From an uncultured Campylobacter sp. (lineage in GTDB: Bacteria; Campylobacterota; Campylobacteria; Campylobacterales; Campylobacteraceae): a stretch of DNA of 64,000 nt. Positions within the stretch are counted from its first letter, which is position 1, and each line of letters begins with the position of its first letter. The notes below the pieces were generated by a model. That model made no database searches. It was not told the DNA's origin and was given only the letters and a program-made list of their open reading frames with translations. Below are positions 50,028 through 59,687 of this stretch, piece by piece. The DNA lies in the NCBI GenBank assembly GCA_964607975.1, contig CAZSMF010000001.1, positions 4,663 through 68,662 on the forward strand. The letters are read 5' to 3'. The position numbers and the translations under genes were made by a program.

Positions 50028-51246
50028 TTTTTGCGGTAATGAGGAAAATGCAAAAATACGCGTTTTTGCAAATGATGATTTGAGTGCTTTTATTTGTGAA
50101 TTTTGCATAAAAGGCTCTCACGCCTTACTTTACGGCACAGCAGAGCGAACAAACACAAATGCCCCAGCACATAAAGAATTAAGTGAGTTTAAAAACATTA
50201 CACCAAAAGAGCTTAAAAAGCATTTAGATAACTATGTCATAGGACAAGACAGAGCCAAAAAGGTATTTAGCGTAGGTGTATATAATCACTACAAAAGGAT
50301 ATTCAAAGCCCAGCTACAAAGCGATGATACAGAGCTTTTCAAATCAAACATTTTGCTTGTAGGACCAACGGGCAGCGGTAAAACCCTACTTGCTCAAACT
50401 TTGGCTAAATTTTTAGATGTGCCAATAGCCATTTGCGATGCGACTTCATTAACGGAGGCTGGATATGTGGGCGAGGATGTTGAAAACATACTCACAAGGC
50501 TTTTACAAGCTGCTGATGGCGATGTAGAAAAGGCTCAAATGGGTATAGTTTTTATCGATGAAATCGATAAAATCGCTAGAATGAGCGAAAACCGCTCAAT
50601 CACAAGAGATGTAAGCGGTGAGGGTGTGCAACAAGCCTTGCTTAAAATCATTGAAGGAAGTGTGGTGAATATACCGCCAAAGGGCGGACGAAAGCACCCT
50701 AATCAAGACTTCGTGCAAATTGACACCTCAAATATTTTATTTGTGTGCGGTGGGGCTTTTGACGGCTTGGAGCAAATTCTAAAACGCAAGGTTGGTGATA
50801 AGGTCGTGGGCTTTTTCGATGAGGACGCAAAAGAAAGCAAAAACACCTTGTTAGACAGGATAGAGCCTGATGATTTGGTTCATTTTGTGCTTATCCCTGA
50901 ACTTATAGGGCGTTTGCATATCATCGCCTCGCTTAATGAGCTTGATGAAGCGGATATGGTTCGCATACTCACAGAGCCTAAAAATGCTATTATCAAGCAG
51001 TATCAAAAGCTTTTTGCCATAGATGGTGTAAGGCTGAAATTTGAAGATGAGGCTTTAAGGGAAATTGCAAAACTTGCTTTGGAGCGAAAAACGGGAGCTA
51101 GGGGATTGAGGAGTATCATAGAGGAGATGATGGTGGATTTAATGTTTGAATTACCAGAATACAAAAATTATGATATAATCATCACTAAGGAAGTAGTAAA
51201 AGAAGGCACGAAGCCTTTATTCATCAAAACTAAAAAGGCGGTATAA
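50011..51246 (+). CDS. clpX: ATP-dependent Clp protease ATPase ClpX; start 50011 or 50014
   Basis: CSFCG zinc finger, [30 protein letters not shown] and GARGL. Confidence 0.97.
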   Translation: MMKKCSFCGNEENAKIRVFANDDLSAFICEFCIKGSHALLYGTAERTNTNAPAHKELSEFKNITPKELKKHLDNYVIGQDRAKKVFSVGVYNHYKRIFKAQLQSDDTELFKSNILLVGPTGSGKTLLAQTLAKFLDVPIAICDATSLTEAGYVGEDVENILTRLLQAADGDVEKAQMGIVFIDEIDKIARMSENRSITRDVSGEGVQQALLKIIEGSVVNIPPKGGRKHPNQDFVQIDTSNILFVCGGAFDGLEQILKRKVGDKVVGFFDEDAKESKNTLLDRIEPDDLVHFVLIPELIGRLHIIASLNELDEADMVRILTEPKNAIIKQYQKLFAIDGVRLKFEDEALREIAKLALERKTGARGLRSIIEEMMVDLMFELPEYKNYDIIITKEVVKEGTKPLFIKTKKAV

Positions 51247-52289
51247 TGATATTTGACAAAGTTGCGGGATTTTTTTCCAGCGATATGGGTATAGATTTAG
51301 GCACGGCAAACACACTTGTGCTTGTTAAAGACAAGGGCATTATCATCAACGAACCATCAGTTGTAGCCATTGAACGCGACAAATACAGCGGAGGAAAGTT
51401 AAGAATTCTAGCTGTGGGTAAAGAGGCAAAAGATATGGTGGGTAAAACACCAGCAAACATAGAAGCCATTCGTCCTATGAAAGATGGGGTGATTGCAGAC
51501 TTTGATATGACTGAAAGAATGATTCGTTATTTCATCGAAAAAACGCACCACAGAAAGAGTTTTCTACGCCCACGCATTGTCATTTCCGTGCCTTATGGAC
51601 TCACCCAAGTGGAAAGAAAAGCTGTGCGTGAGAGTGCGTTAAGTGCTGGGGCTAGGGAGGTGTTTTTGATAGAAGAGCCTATGGCTGCGGCTATTGGTGC
51701 AAATTTAGCCATACAAGAACCAAAAGGCAACCTCATCATCGACATAGGCGGTGGAACGACTGAAATAGGCGTTACCTCACTTGGCGGACTTGTCATTTCT
51801 AAATCCATTCGCATAGCTGGGGACAAACTTGATATGGGTATCATCAACTGGGCGAAGCAGCATAGAGGACTTATCATAGGTGATAAAACAGCCGAAGAGG
51901 TTAAGATTAAAATCGGCTCGGCTTATCCTTTGGATAAAGAACTTTCTATGGGCGTTAAAGGTAGAGATCAAATCACAGGCTTACTCACTCGTATAGAACT
52001 TACAAGTGAAGATATTCGCGAGGCTATGCGTGAAAATTTAAAAGAAATTTCAGACGCTCTTAAAATCGTGCTTGAAATGATGCCAGCAGATTTAGCTGGT
52101 GATATAGTCGAAAATGGCGTTGTTGTCAGTGGTGGTGGGGCTTTGATTAGAGGGATTGATAAATACCTATCAGAAGCTGTGCGTTTGCCTGTTTATATTG
52201 CCGATGAGCCGCTTTTATGCGTAGCAAGGGGAACAGGTAAAATTTTAGAAGAAATCAAATTACTCCAACAACTCACTAATGAAGAGTAA
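51246..52289 (+). CDS. mreB: Rod shape-determining protein MreB
   Basis: IDLGTAN, DIGGGT and GGGALI motifs. Confidence 0.97.
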   Translation: MIFDKVAGFFSSDMGIDLGTANTLVLVKDKGIIINEPSVVAIERDKYSGGKLRILAVGKEAKDMVGKTPANIEAIRPMKDGVIADFDMTERMIRYFIEKTHHRKSFLRPRIVISVPYGLTQVERKAVRESALSAGAREVFLIEEPMAAAIGANLAIQEPKGNLIIDIGGGTTEIGVTSLGGLVISKSIRIAGDKLDMGIINWAKQHRGLIIGDKTAEEVKIKIGSAYPLDKELSMGVKGRDQITGLLTRIELTSEDIREAMRENLKEISDALKIVLEMMPADLAGDIVENGVVVSGGGALIRGIDKYLSEAVRLPVYIADEPLLCVARGTGKILEEIKLLQQLTNEE

Positions 52290-53031
52290 ATTTTCGCTGA
52301 TTCTTATTTTGGCTTTTTTGATTTTTATGTCCTTTTATTATGGCACTTATGTCAAAAGAGCCATTTTACTTGTCAATGACAATGTCATCGAGGCTTATTA
52401 TAACGCTAAAACTTACATTATAGATACCATAAACGAGCATTTCAATCAAGTCGAGGAAATCCGCACCCTGCGTGCTAAAAATGAAAGTTTAGAGCAAATG
52501 AGTATGCTTGCTAGCACCTTTGCCGAGCAGCTTAACAGGCTTTTGGAGGATAAAAATTCCACCCAATATTTCCCAAAAATTTCTTTGGTTAAAGCCATAT
52601 CTTATGTGCAAATTAGCGATTATAAGAGGGTTTGGCTGTCCTTTTCTACAAATTTACACAATACAAGAAACAAAGGGCTAATCTATCAAGGCTACACAGC
52701 AGGTATTGCTGTGGTAAAAGATGGGCGTTTAATGGCGATTTTACAAGGCGATGAACAATGCGTGTTTTCAGTTTATATAGGCGAAAATAAAGTCCCCGGT
52801 GTCGCCCAAGGTAAAAATGGCAAAGTCATTGTCAATTTCATACCCAAATCTTACAAAATCAATATAGGCGATGAGGTTTTAACAAGTGGGCTTGATGAAA
52901 TTTTCTTTTCTGGCGTGCCTGTTGGTAGGGTGGTGAGCGTTTTTAACGAAAATATGTATCAAAGCGTGGAGCTAGAAAGCTTTGCAGAGATTGACATACC
53001 AAGTTATATGTATTTGATTGAACGCTTTTAA
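52279..53031 (+). CDS. mreC: Rod shape-determining protein MreC
   Basis: N-terminal TM and coiled coil; GDEVLTSGLD and GVPVG motifs. Confidence 0.92.
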   Translation: MKSKFSLILILAFLIFMSFYYGTYVKRAILLVNDNVIEAYYNAKTYIIDTINEHFNQVEEIRTLRAKNESLEQMSMLASTFAEQLNRLLEDKNSTQYFPKISLVKAISYVQISDYKRVWLSFSTNLHNTRNKGLIYQGYTAGIAVVKDGRLMAILQGDEQCVFSVYIGENKVPGVAQGKNGKVIVNFIPKSYKINIGDEVLTSGLDEIFFSGVPVGRVVSVFNENMYQSVELESFAEIDIPSYMYLIERF

Positions 53032-53735
53032 AGCTTTGCACACTCGTATTTTTTGCCCTTAAAGTCTATAAATTCAGCCAAATAAGCATAACCGCTTAAA
53101 GTGTCTATGACTATGCAAAGGGCTTCATCTTTGGCAATAAGCTTAATCACACAGGCTTCGTTTTTATGAAAAAGTGCTTTTTCATAAGGCTTGTTCGCCG
53201 TTCTTAAAGGAGAATGCACCCTGCCAAATTCATCAAAAATAATCCTTGTCATCGCAGCACACGCCCCTTTAAATTCGACCCTTTCAACCCCATAGCTTTT
53301 TTGTATATTAAATCTTGCCGACACCCTTTCATCATCTTTGTCAATCACCCCACTTTGCCCTGAATTCATCAGCTTTTGCGGATTTAAAATATCCACAGCG
53401 ATTTCCCTATCTAAATTCACATCGCTTTTGCCTATATTAGCGTTGCCGTCTGCGTTTTTATCCAAAAAAATAGTATAGGTTTGTTCGTTATTTGTCGCTG
53501 ATTTTGAGCGTATGAAATAAAGCTGCCACCTTGCCTGAAACCACTCGCTTTTGCCTGAATTTTTAAAGGAATTTTGTATGAGGGCTAAATTTCTTGTATA
53601 AGCTAAATCATTAAGAATTTGCTTTGCGGCTAAATCAAGCTTATTGTCCTTAAAATTAAGCTTTGCCACAGCAAAAACAATGCCTAAAATAACAATAACA
53701 AAACAAAGTTCAAGCAGGGAAAAGGCTTTTTTCAT
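53028..53735 (-). CDS. Prepilin-type (FimT/pseudopilin-like) protein
   Basis: MKKA-FSLLE type IV prepilin cleavage/methylation motif followed by a hydrophobic helix. Confidence 0.85.
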   Translation of the reverse strand: MKKAFSLLELCFVIVILGIVFAVAKLNFKDNKLDLAAKQILNDLAYTRNLALIQNSFKNSGKSEWFQARWQLYFIRSKSATNNEQTYTIFLDKNADGNANIGKSDVNLDREIAVDILNPQKLMNSGQSGVIDKDDERVSARFNIQKSYGVERVEFKGACAAMTRIIFDEFGRVHSPLRTANKPYEKALFHKNEACVIKLIAKDEALCIVIDTLSGYAYLAEFIDFKGKKYECAKL

Positions 53736-54904
53736 TGTATTTTTTTCAAGGCATAATGCTCGTCATTTTTACCCAAAGTAATGGTAAAATCAGCCAAATT
53801 CTTTCTTTTTACTCGTTCAAGTTTAAGGCTTTTGCTTGTTTTAATGCCGTAAAATTTAAGCCTTAATTGCATACTACTATTTGTTTGCACCCTGTTTATG
53901 CCCTTTTCTTTTAAATTTTGAGCTATATCTTTGGCAATGTGATAATTATAAACAAAATGTTTGCTTGGATTTTCCACAAAGGCGTATAAAAAGGTATTGA
54001 AAATAATCACCACATAACAAAGCAGCAAAACAACGCTTGATAAGCTGATAAAAACATTATATCTCACCCTTAAATTTGGCAATCTTATGCGGTAAGAACT
54101 CATCAAAGCACTGATTAGCAAAGGAGTGCTTATCACACAAAAGGGTAAAAATTCGTCCAAATAAAGCTTTTGACGCATTGATAAAATGAGACAAAATAAA
54201 AAACTTGTCGTCATTATAAACCACAGCATAGGCTTTTTAGGCTTAAAAGCAAGGCGGTAAATAATGTAAAAATAATAAATAAACACAAGGGGCGAAAAAC
54301 ACGCCGCAAAAATCCCCAAAGTGTCTAAAAAATACCCCTTAGGCTTACCCGCAAAGTCAAATTCATACAAGCTTATGCAAGAGGCAAACAAAGCCAAGGT
54401 GATGACGAGTAAGGGTGTGTTTTTTTTGTATAAAGCATAAAAAAACAAGGATAAAAACAAAAGCCCAAAGGACTTATCCACAAATAAAGCCAAGATAAGC
54501 AAAAGATAAAAAATCTTTTTAAAGCCGTATTCATAAGCACAAAGTATGAGAAGGCTCAAAAAAATCACTATACAAGCATCATTTACGCACAAAGCACTAG
54601 CCACTGTGCCGGGCAAAAGCAAGAAAAGCAATAAAGACAAAAAGGCGTCTTTTTGAGTTTTTGTGATTTTAAGGGCGTAAAGATAGAGCAAAATGGCACT
54701 GATAAAATGCAAAAACACAAAAGGCAGACGCAAACCAAAGTCATTCTGCCCTAAAATTCGCGTCCCAAGATGAGCTAAAAAGGCTGTTAAGGAGTTATTG
54801 TCAAAATAAATTTTCGCCTCATAAGCACTAATGCTTAAAGTGCTTATGCCATAGCTTAAAGCGAGTAAATCCAAAAACAAAACGGCACATAAAGCTTTTT
54901 TCAT
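53732..54904 (-). CDS. GT-C fold membrane glycosyltransferase-like protein (GT39/ArnT-like); start ATG 54904
   Basis: About 11 TM segments; DFGLRLPF loop motif; short C-terminal soluble domain; AAAGGA RBS. Confidence 0.65.
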   Translation of the reverse strand: MKKALCAVLFLDLLALSYGISTLSISAYEAKIYFDNNSLTAFLAHLGTRILGQNDFGLRLPFVFLHFISAILLYLYALKITKTQKDAFLSLLLFLLLPGTVASALCVNDACIVIFLSLLILCAYEYGFKKIFYLLLILALFVDKSFGLLFLSLFFYALYKKNTPLLVITLALFASCISLYEFDFAGKPKGYFLDTLGIFAACFSPLVFIYYFYIIYRLAFKPKKPMLWFIMTTSFLFCLILSMRQKLYLDEFLPFCVISTPLLISALMSSYRIRLPNLRVRYNVFISLSSVVLLLCYVVIIFNTFLYAFVENPSKHFVYNYHIAKDIAQNLKEKGINRVQTNSSMQLRLKFYGIKTSKSLKLERVKRKNLADFTITLGKNDEHYALKKIQ

Positions 54905-55031
54905 CTTTTTCCTTTGTGAAATTATAATCACTTTTAGCTTAAAAATGTAAATTCAAATTCACTTTTATCAAATCATCAAGCTTTAAGGCTATTTTGAGTA
55001 TAATGGGCTAAATTTTAAGAAAGCTTAATCA

Positions 55032-55853
55032 ATGTTTGAAATTTTGCACTATTCCTTCTTTCAAAATGCACTTATCGCAGCCCTTTTAGTCAGTGTTGCT
55101 TGTGGCATTATCGGTTCTTTGGTGATGATAAACCGCCTTTTTTCTATGGCTGGTGGCATTACACACGCTGCATTTGGTGGCATAGGCATAGCTTTTTATT
55201 TTGCCTTGCCTGTGTTGTTAAGTGTTGGAGTATTTACCCTATTTTTAGCCCTAATCGTTGCTTTTTTAAGTCAAAAATACCCCCACAGAAGCGATAGTAT
55301 CATCGCTGTGATTTGGGCTTTTGGTATGGCTTTTGGACTCATACTCATTGATTTAAGCGCGGGTTATCAAAGCGATGTGATGGCTTATTTGTTTGGCTCG
55401 ATTTTGGCTTTATCAAGTGAGGATTTGTGGCTAATGTTTGGGGTTGATATTGCTTTTATCCTGCTTGTTTTGTGCTTTTACAGACAATTTGTCGCCATTA
55501 GTTTTGACAAAGAATTTGCCCTTTTGCGTGGGGTAAATGTGAATTTTTTTTATTATTTACTCATCGCTATGATAGCCTTTTGCATAGTCATTTGCATTCG
55601 TGCAGTAGGACTCATACTCATCATCGCCCTTTTGAGTGTGCCTTGTTTTATCGCCGAAAATTTCGCTAAAAGGCTGGGGACTATGATGATACTTTCTTGT
55701 TTTTTAAGCGTGATTTTTTGCCTTGTGGGGCTTTGCATTAGTTATGTTTTCAATCTCAGCGGCTCGGCAAGTATTATAATGGTAGCGTGTTTTGGCTTTT
55801 TATGCACTGTGTTTTTTAAGATGATTAAATACAAAACTCTTCAAAAGCACTGA
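55032..55853 (+). CDS. znuB: Zinc ABC transporter permease
   Basis: HAAFGG, YLFGSIL, FDKEFA.LRG and AVG.IL..ALL motifs. Confidence 0.9.
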   Translation: MFEILHYSFFQNALIAALLVSVACGIIGSLVMINRLFSMAGGITHAAFGGIGIAFYFALPVLLSVGVFTLFLALIVAFLSQKYPHRSDSIIAVIWAFGMAFGLILIDLSAGYQSDVMAYLFGSILALSSEDLWLMFGVDIAFILLVLCFYRQFVAISFDKEFALLRGVNVNFFYYLLIAMIAFCIVICIRAVGLILIIALLSVPCFIAENFAKRLGTMMILSCFLSVIFCLVGLCISYVFNLSGSASIIMVACFGFLCTVFFKMIKYKTLQKH

Positions 55854-56571
55854 ATTTACTTAAAAACTGCCTCGTTCTTTGCTGCTTTGGATAAGCAAAA
55901 AACTCATTTGTCAAGGCTTCTTCTATGATTTGCCCCTCGCTCATAAAAATGACTTTATCAGCCACTGCTTTGGCGAATTTAAGCTCGTGAGTAACGATGA
56001 GCATTGTTTTGTCGCGTATGTTTTTAATCGTTTCTAAAACCTCTCCCACAAGCTCGGCATCAAGGGCTGAGGTAGGCTCGTCTAAAAGCATTATGCTAGG
56101 ATTTAAAGCCAATGCCCTTGCTATGCCAACCCTTTGTGCCTGTCCTCCGCTTAATTCAAAAGCATAAGAATTTGCCTTATCTGCAAGTCCAACGGCTCTT
56201 AATTGCTCGTAAGCTATGTCTATGGCTTGATTTTTTGGCATTTTTTTCACAATGATTAAAGCCTCAGTAATGTTTTCAAGGGCGTTTTTATTGATGAAAA
56301 GATTGTAATGCTGAAAAACCATAGCCGATTTTTGCCTAAGCTTTAAGGCTTCTTTGTGGGTGAATTTAGCGTAATTAAAATGCAGCTCATCAATGCTAAT
56401 TTGCCCCTTTTGAGGCGTTTCAAGCAAGTTAATGCTTCTTAATAAGGTGCTTTTCCCTGCCCCACTTGGACCAATGAGTGCAACGATTTGCCCCTTATTT
56501 ATAGTAAGGTTAATGTCCTTTAAAATGGCTTTTGAGTTGAAATTTTTATGTAAATTGCTGATTTTTAACAT
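55825..56571 (-). CDS. Polar amino acid ABC ATPase
   Basis: GPSGAGKS, VFQHYNLF, LSGGQAQR, DEPTSALD and VTHE. Confidence 0.93.
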   Translation of the reverse strand: MLKISNLHKNFNSKAILKDINLTINKGQIVALIGPSGAGKSTLLRSINLLETPQKGQISIDELHFNYAKFTHKEALKLRQKSAMVFQHYNLFINKNALENITEALIIVKKMPKNQAIDIAYEQLRAVGLADKANSYAFELSGGQAQRVGIARALALNPSIMLLDEPTSALDAELVGEVLETIKNIRDKTMLIVTHELKFAKAVADKVIFMSEGQIIEEALTNEFFAYPKQQRTRQFLSKFSAFEEFCI

Positions 56572-56578
56572 TTTATCC

Positions 56579-57271
56579 TCAAACATAATTTTTTCTAAAC
56601 CGCTTAAAACGCTCTTCTATCTTAAAAAACACTGCTTCAAGAAAAACGCACATCGCCCAATACATTATCGCCGCCATTAAATACACTTCCAAAAATTTAG
56701 AACTTCGTCCTGATTCAATATCTGCAAGTCCCATAAGCTCTGGCACCGTGATGATAGAAGCTAATGCTGTATTTTTAATCTGCATAATGAAAAAATTCAA
56801 CAAATTTGGCAAGGTTATCATAAAAGCCTGTGGTAAAATAATGCGTTTTAGGGCTTGATAAGGTGTCATACCCACTGAAAAAGCCGCTTCTTTTTGCCCC
56901 TTATCCACAGATAAAAGTGCCGAACGCATAATCTCTGCTAAATACGCACTCGCATAAAATGAAAAAATCACCAAAGCATAATAAATCGCATCGATTAGGG
57001 CAAAATTAAATTCAAAGCCCAAAGATTTAAGAAAAATGGGAATTCCATAATAAAACATAAAAAGCTGCACCAAAAGCGGTGTGCCTCTAAAAAAAGACAC
57101 ATAAATAACAGCCAAAGCATTAAGCACAGGCACTTCATAAAGTCTAATCAAAGCGATAATCAGCCCAGCAAAAAGCCCCACACAAAAAGAAAAAAACGCA
57201 ATAAAAAGCGTCATAGGAATGCCCGGAAGCAATCTTATAGCCGTATCTAAAAAATACGCAAAATCAAACAT
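56579..57271 (-). CDS. Polar amino acid ABC permease (TcyB/HisM-like)
   Basis: RGTPLLVQ, AYLAEIMR, GQKEAA, ILPQA and IKNTAL. Confidence 0.93.
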   Translation of the reverse strand: MFDFAYFLDTAIRLLPGIPMTLFIAFFSFCVGLFAGLIIALIRLYEVPVLNALAVIYVSFFRGTPLLVQLFMFYYGIPIFLKSLGFEFNFALIDAIYYALVIFSFYASAYLAEIMRSALLSVDKGQKEAAFSVGMTPYQALKRIILPQAFMITLPNLLNFFIMQIKNTALASIITVPELMGLADIESGRSSKFLEVYLMAAIMYWAMCVFLEAVFFKIEERFKRFRKNYV

Positions 57272-57283
57272 TTCCCCGCACTT

Positions 57284-58063
57284 TTACTGAATTTTATCGA
57301 ATTCTTTTTGCAGAATTTGAGCGTATTCCTCGCCAAAATACTCCTTGATTAAAGCACTGACTTTGCCCTCTTTTATGGCTTTTTTCAAAGCCTCATCAAA
57401 GCTATCAGCCAAAGCCTTTGAATCTTTTCTAAACACGAAAAATACAGGCGTTTCTTGGAGATAAATCTTTGTTGGAGTGATTTTGACATTTTGAGCCTTT
57501 GCATAATCAAGTGCGGCTATGGGGTCGTTAATCATAGCCTCTACCCTACCCACAGCTAAATCAGATACCAAAGAAGGCGAGGTTTTATAATACACTATTT
57601 GCAAATTAAGCTCGGGGTGAGCCTTGGCGTAATCTTCAAGATTTTTGGCGTGATTTGAACCAACGGTTACGCCTATTTTGCTGTTTTTAAGCTCGTTAAA
57701 TGAGTGAATTTGCTTGTTATTACCTACTATTAAAGCACTGATGCCGTAAAAATAAGGGTATTTTGAAAAGAGGTATTTTGCCTCTCTTTCTTTATTTTTA
57801 GCAATTTGATTGGCAATCACATCAAATTTAGCACTATCAAGCCCCGAAAATATGGCATTCCAAGTTACAGAGACAAATTTAGCCTCACTCTTTGGCATAT
57901 AGCTTAAAACGATTTTCACAAGCTCATTGTCAAAGCCTGTGGCATTGCCCTTTTCATCCAAATAAGCAAAGGGTTTGTAAGCATTTTCGCTGCCTATTTT
58001 AATCTCCTGTGCTAACAAAACATTTAGCGTTAAAAAGAAAGCAAAACATAGTTTTTTCATCAT
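57284..58063 (-). CDS. Polar amino acid periplasmic binding protein (family 3, cystine/TcyA-like)
   Basis: Signal peptide; YKPF, GFD, GLDSAKFD and GSN. Confidence 0.85.
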   Translation of the reverse strand: MMKKLCFAFFLTLNVLLAQEIKIGSENAYKPFAYLDEKGNATGFDNELVKIVLSYMPKSEAKFVSVTWNAIFSGLDSAKFDVIANQIAKNKEREAKYLFSKYPYFYGISALIVGNNKQIHSFNELKNSKIGVTVGSNHAKNLEDYAKAHPELNLQIVYYKTSPSLVSDLAVGRVEAMINDPIAALDYAKAQNVKITPTKIYLQETPVFFVFRKDSKALADSFDEALKKAIKEGKVSALIKEYFGEEYAQILQKEFDKIQ

Positions 58064-58818
58064 TTATCCTTTATTTGAGTGTAATCAGCGTCAAAATATT
58101 TAAGCGAAAGTTCTTTTAATTTTCCGTCATTCCTAGCCTTTTGAAGTGCTTTTGAAACCTTATCTTTCAAGGCTTTGTTATTTTTAGGAAAGAGAAAATA
58201 AATCGCCGTTTTTTGCAAATTTAAATCCGTGATTTTAATTTTCAAGCCCTGAGCTTTGGCGTAATCAAGGGCGACTATGGGATTATTAAGCAAGGCGTCA
58301 ATTTGTCCATTAGCTAGGGCTAAAAATTCAGCACCATAATTTTTAAAATAAACAAGCTTGATTTTATAATCCTTATGTTTAGCCACAAATTCCTCCACAC
58401 GCAAGGCTTGATTAGAACCAACCACAGCCCCTATTTTCTTGCCTTTTAAATCCTCAAAAGATGAAATTGTCGAATTTTCAGCAACGATGAAATTCAAAAC
58501 AGCGTTAAAATAAGGCGTGTCAGAGAAAAGGTATTTTTCCTCTCTTTCTTTTGTTTTAGTAAGCTGATGGGCTAACATTTCGAATTTACCGCTATCAAGC
58601 CCAGCAAACAAAGAAGCAAAAGGCAGTGGGTGGAAGTTAAATTCCAAACTCTCATCATAAGTAGAAAGCAGTTTTAAAAGCTCAATATCAAAGCCTATGG
58701 CTTGATTTTCTTCACTCACATAAGCAAAGGGGCGGTAAGAATTGCCCGTGCCAACCTCGATGATTTGAGCATACGCAAAAATCGCACCAGCAAAAAGTGC
58801 AAGGAGAAGTTTTTTCAT
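58060..58818 (-). CDS. Polar amino acid periplasmic binding protein (family 3), second paralogue
   Basis: Signal peptide; YRPF, GFD, GLDSGKFE and GSN. Confidence 0.85.
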   Translation of the reverse strand: MKKLLLALFAGAIFAYAQIIEVGTGNSYRPFAYVSEENQAIGFDIELLKLLSTYDESLEFNFHPLPFASLFAGLDSGKFEMLAHQLTKTKEREEKYLFSDTPYFNAVLNFIVAENSTISSFEDLKGKKIGAVVGSNQALRVEEFVAKHKDYKIKLVYFKNYGAEFLALANGQIDALLNNPIVALDYAKAQGLKIKITDLNLQKTAIYFLFPKNNKALKDKVSKALQKARNDGKLKELSLKYFDADYTQIKDK

Positions 58819-58957
58819 TTATTTTATCCTTTTTAAGATTAAATTGAGTGTAATTTTATCTAATTTTTATCTCGTTAGATTAACAAAATGAGGAAACATT
58901 CATTTTATTTATCAAATAAATGTTAAAATTAGCTTTTCATTAGCACAAAGGCGAACG

Positions 58958-59686
58958 ATGATACAAATAGGAATTTGTGGTTTAAAAGGACGAATGGGCG
59001 AGGAAATCAGGCTTTGTTTAAAAGATGACAAAGAGGCACAATTTGCCTTTGGTATTGACAAAGGAGCTGAATTTGACGAGCTTTTCAAACGCTCACAGCT
59101 CATTATAGACTTTTCCGCACCAAGCGGGACAAAGGCTTTGCTTGAATTTGCAAAAAACTCACCAAAACCCCTACTCATAGGCACAACAGGACTTGATGAG
59201 CAAATATTTAAGCTGATGAAAGAAGCAAGTCTTTCTATGCCTGTATTTTACGCTACAAATATGTCATTAGGCGTTGCCGTGCTTAATCTACTCGCCACAC
59301 AAGCAGCAAAAATGCTTCAAAATTTCGACATAGAAATCACCGAAATGCACCACCGCCACAAAAAAGACGCTCCAAGCGGCACGGCGATGACTTTGGCTGA
59401 AAATGTCGCTAAGGCTAGAAATTTGGATTTACAAAAGGTAAGAATAAGCGGCAGAGACGGACTCATAGGACAAAGAAGCAAAGATGAAATCGCTGTGATG
59501 AGTTTAAGAGGCGGGGACATTGTCGGTAGGCACACCATTGGCTTTTATGAGGATGGCGAATTTTTAGAATTAAGCCACAACGCTACTTCAAGGGCAACCT
59601 TTGCCAAAGGAGCGATAACCATAGCCAAATGGCTTTGCTTTAAAGAGGCAGGTTATTATACTATGAGTGATTTTTTGGGGATTTAA
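58958..59686 (+). CDS. dapB: 4-hydroxy-tetrahydrodipicolinate reductase
   Basis: [27 protein letters not shown] and FAKGA. Confidence 0.96.
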   Translation: MIQIGICGLKGRMGEEIRLCLKDDKEAQFAFGIDKGAEFDELFKRSQLIIDFSAPSGTKALLEFAKNSPKPLLIGTTGLDEQIFKLMKEASLSMPVFYATNMSLGVAVLNLLATQAAKMLQNFDIEITEMHHRHKKDAPSGTAMTLAENVAKARNLDLQKVRISGRDGLIGQRSKDEIAVMSLRGGDIVGRHTIGFYEDGEFLELSHNATSRATFAKGAITIAKWLCFKEAGYYTMSDFLGI

Positions 59687-59687
59687 A

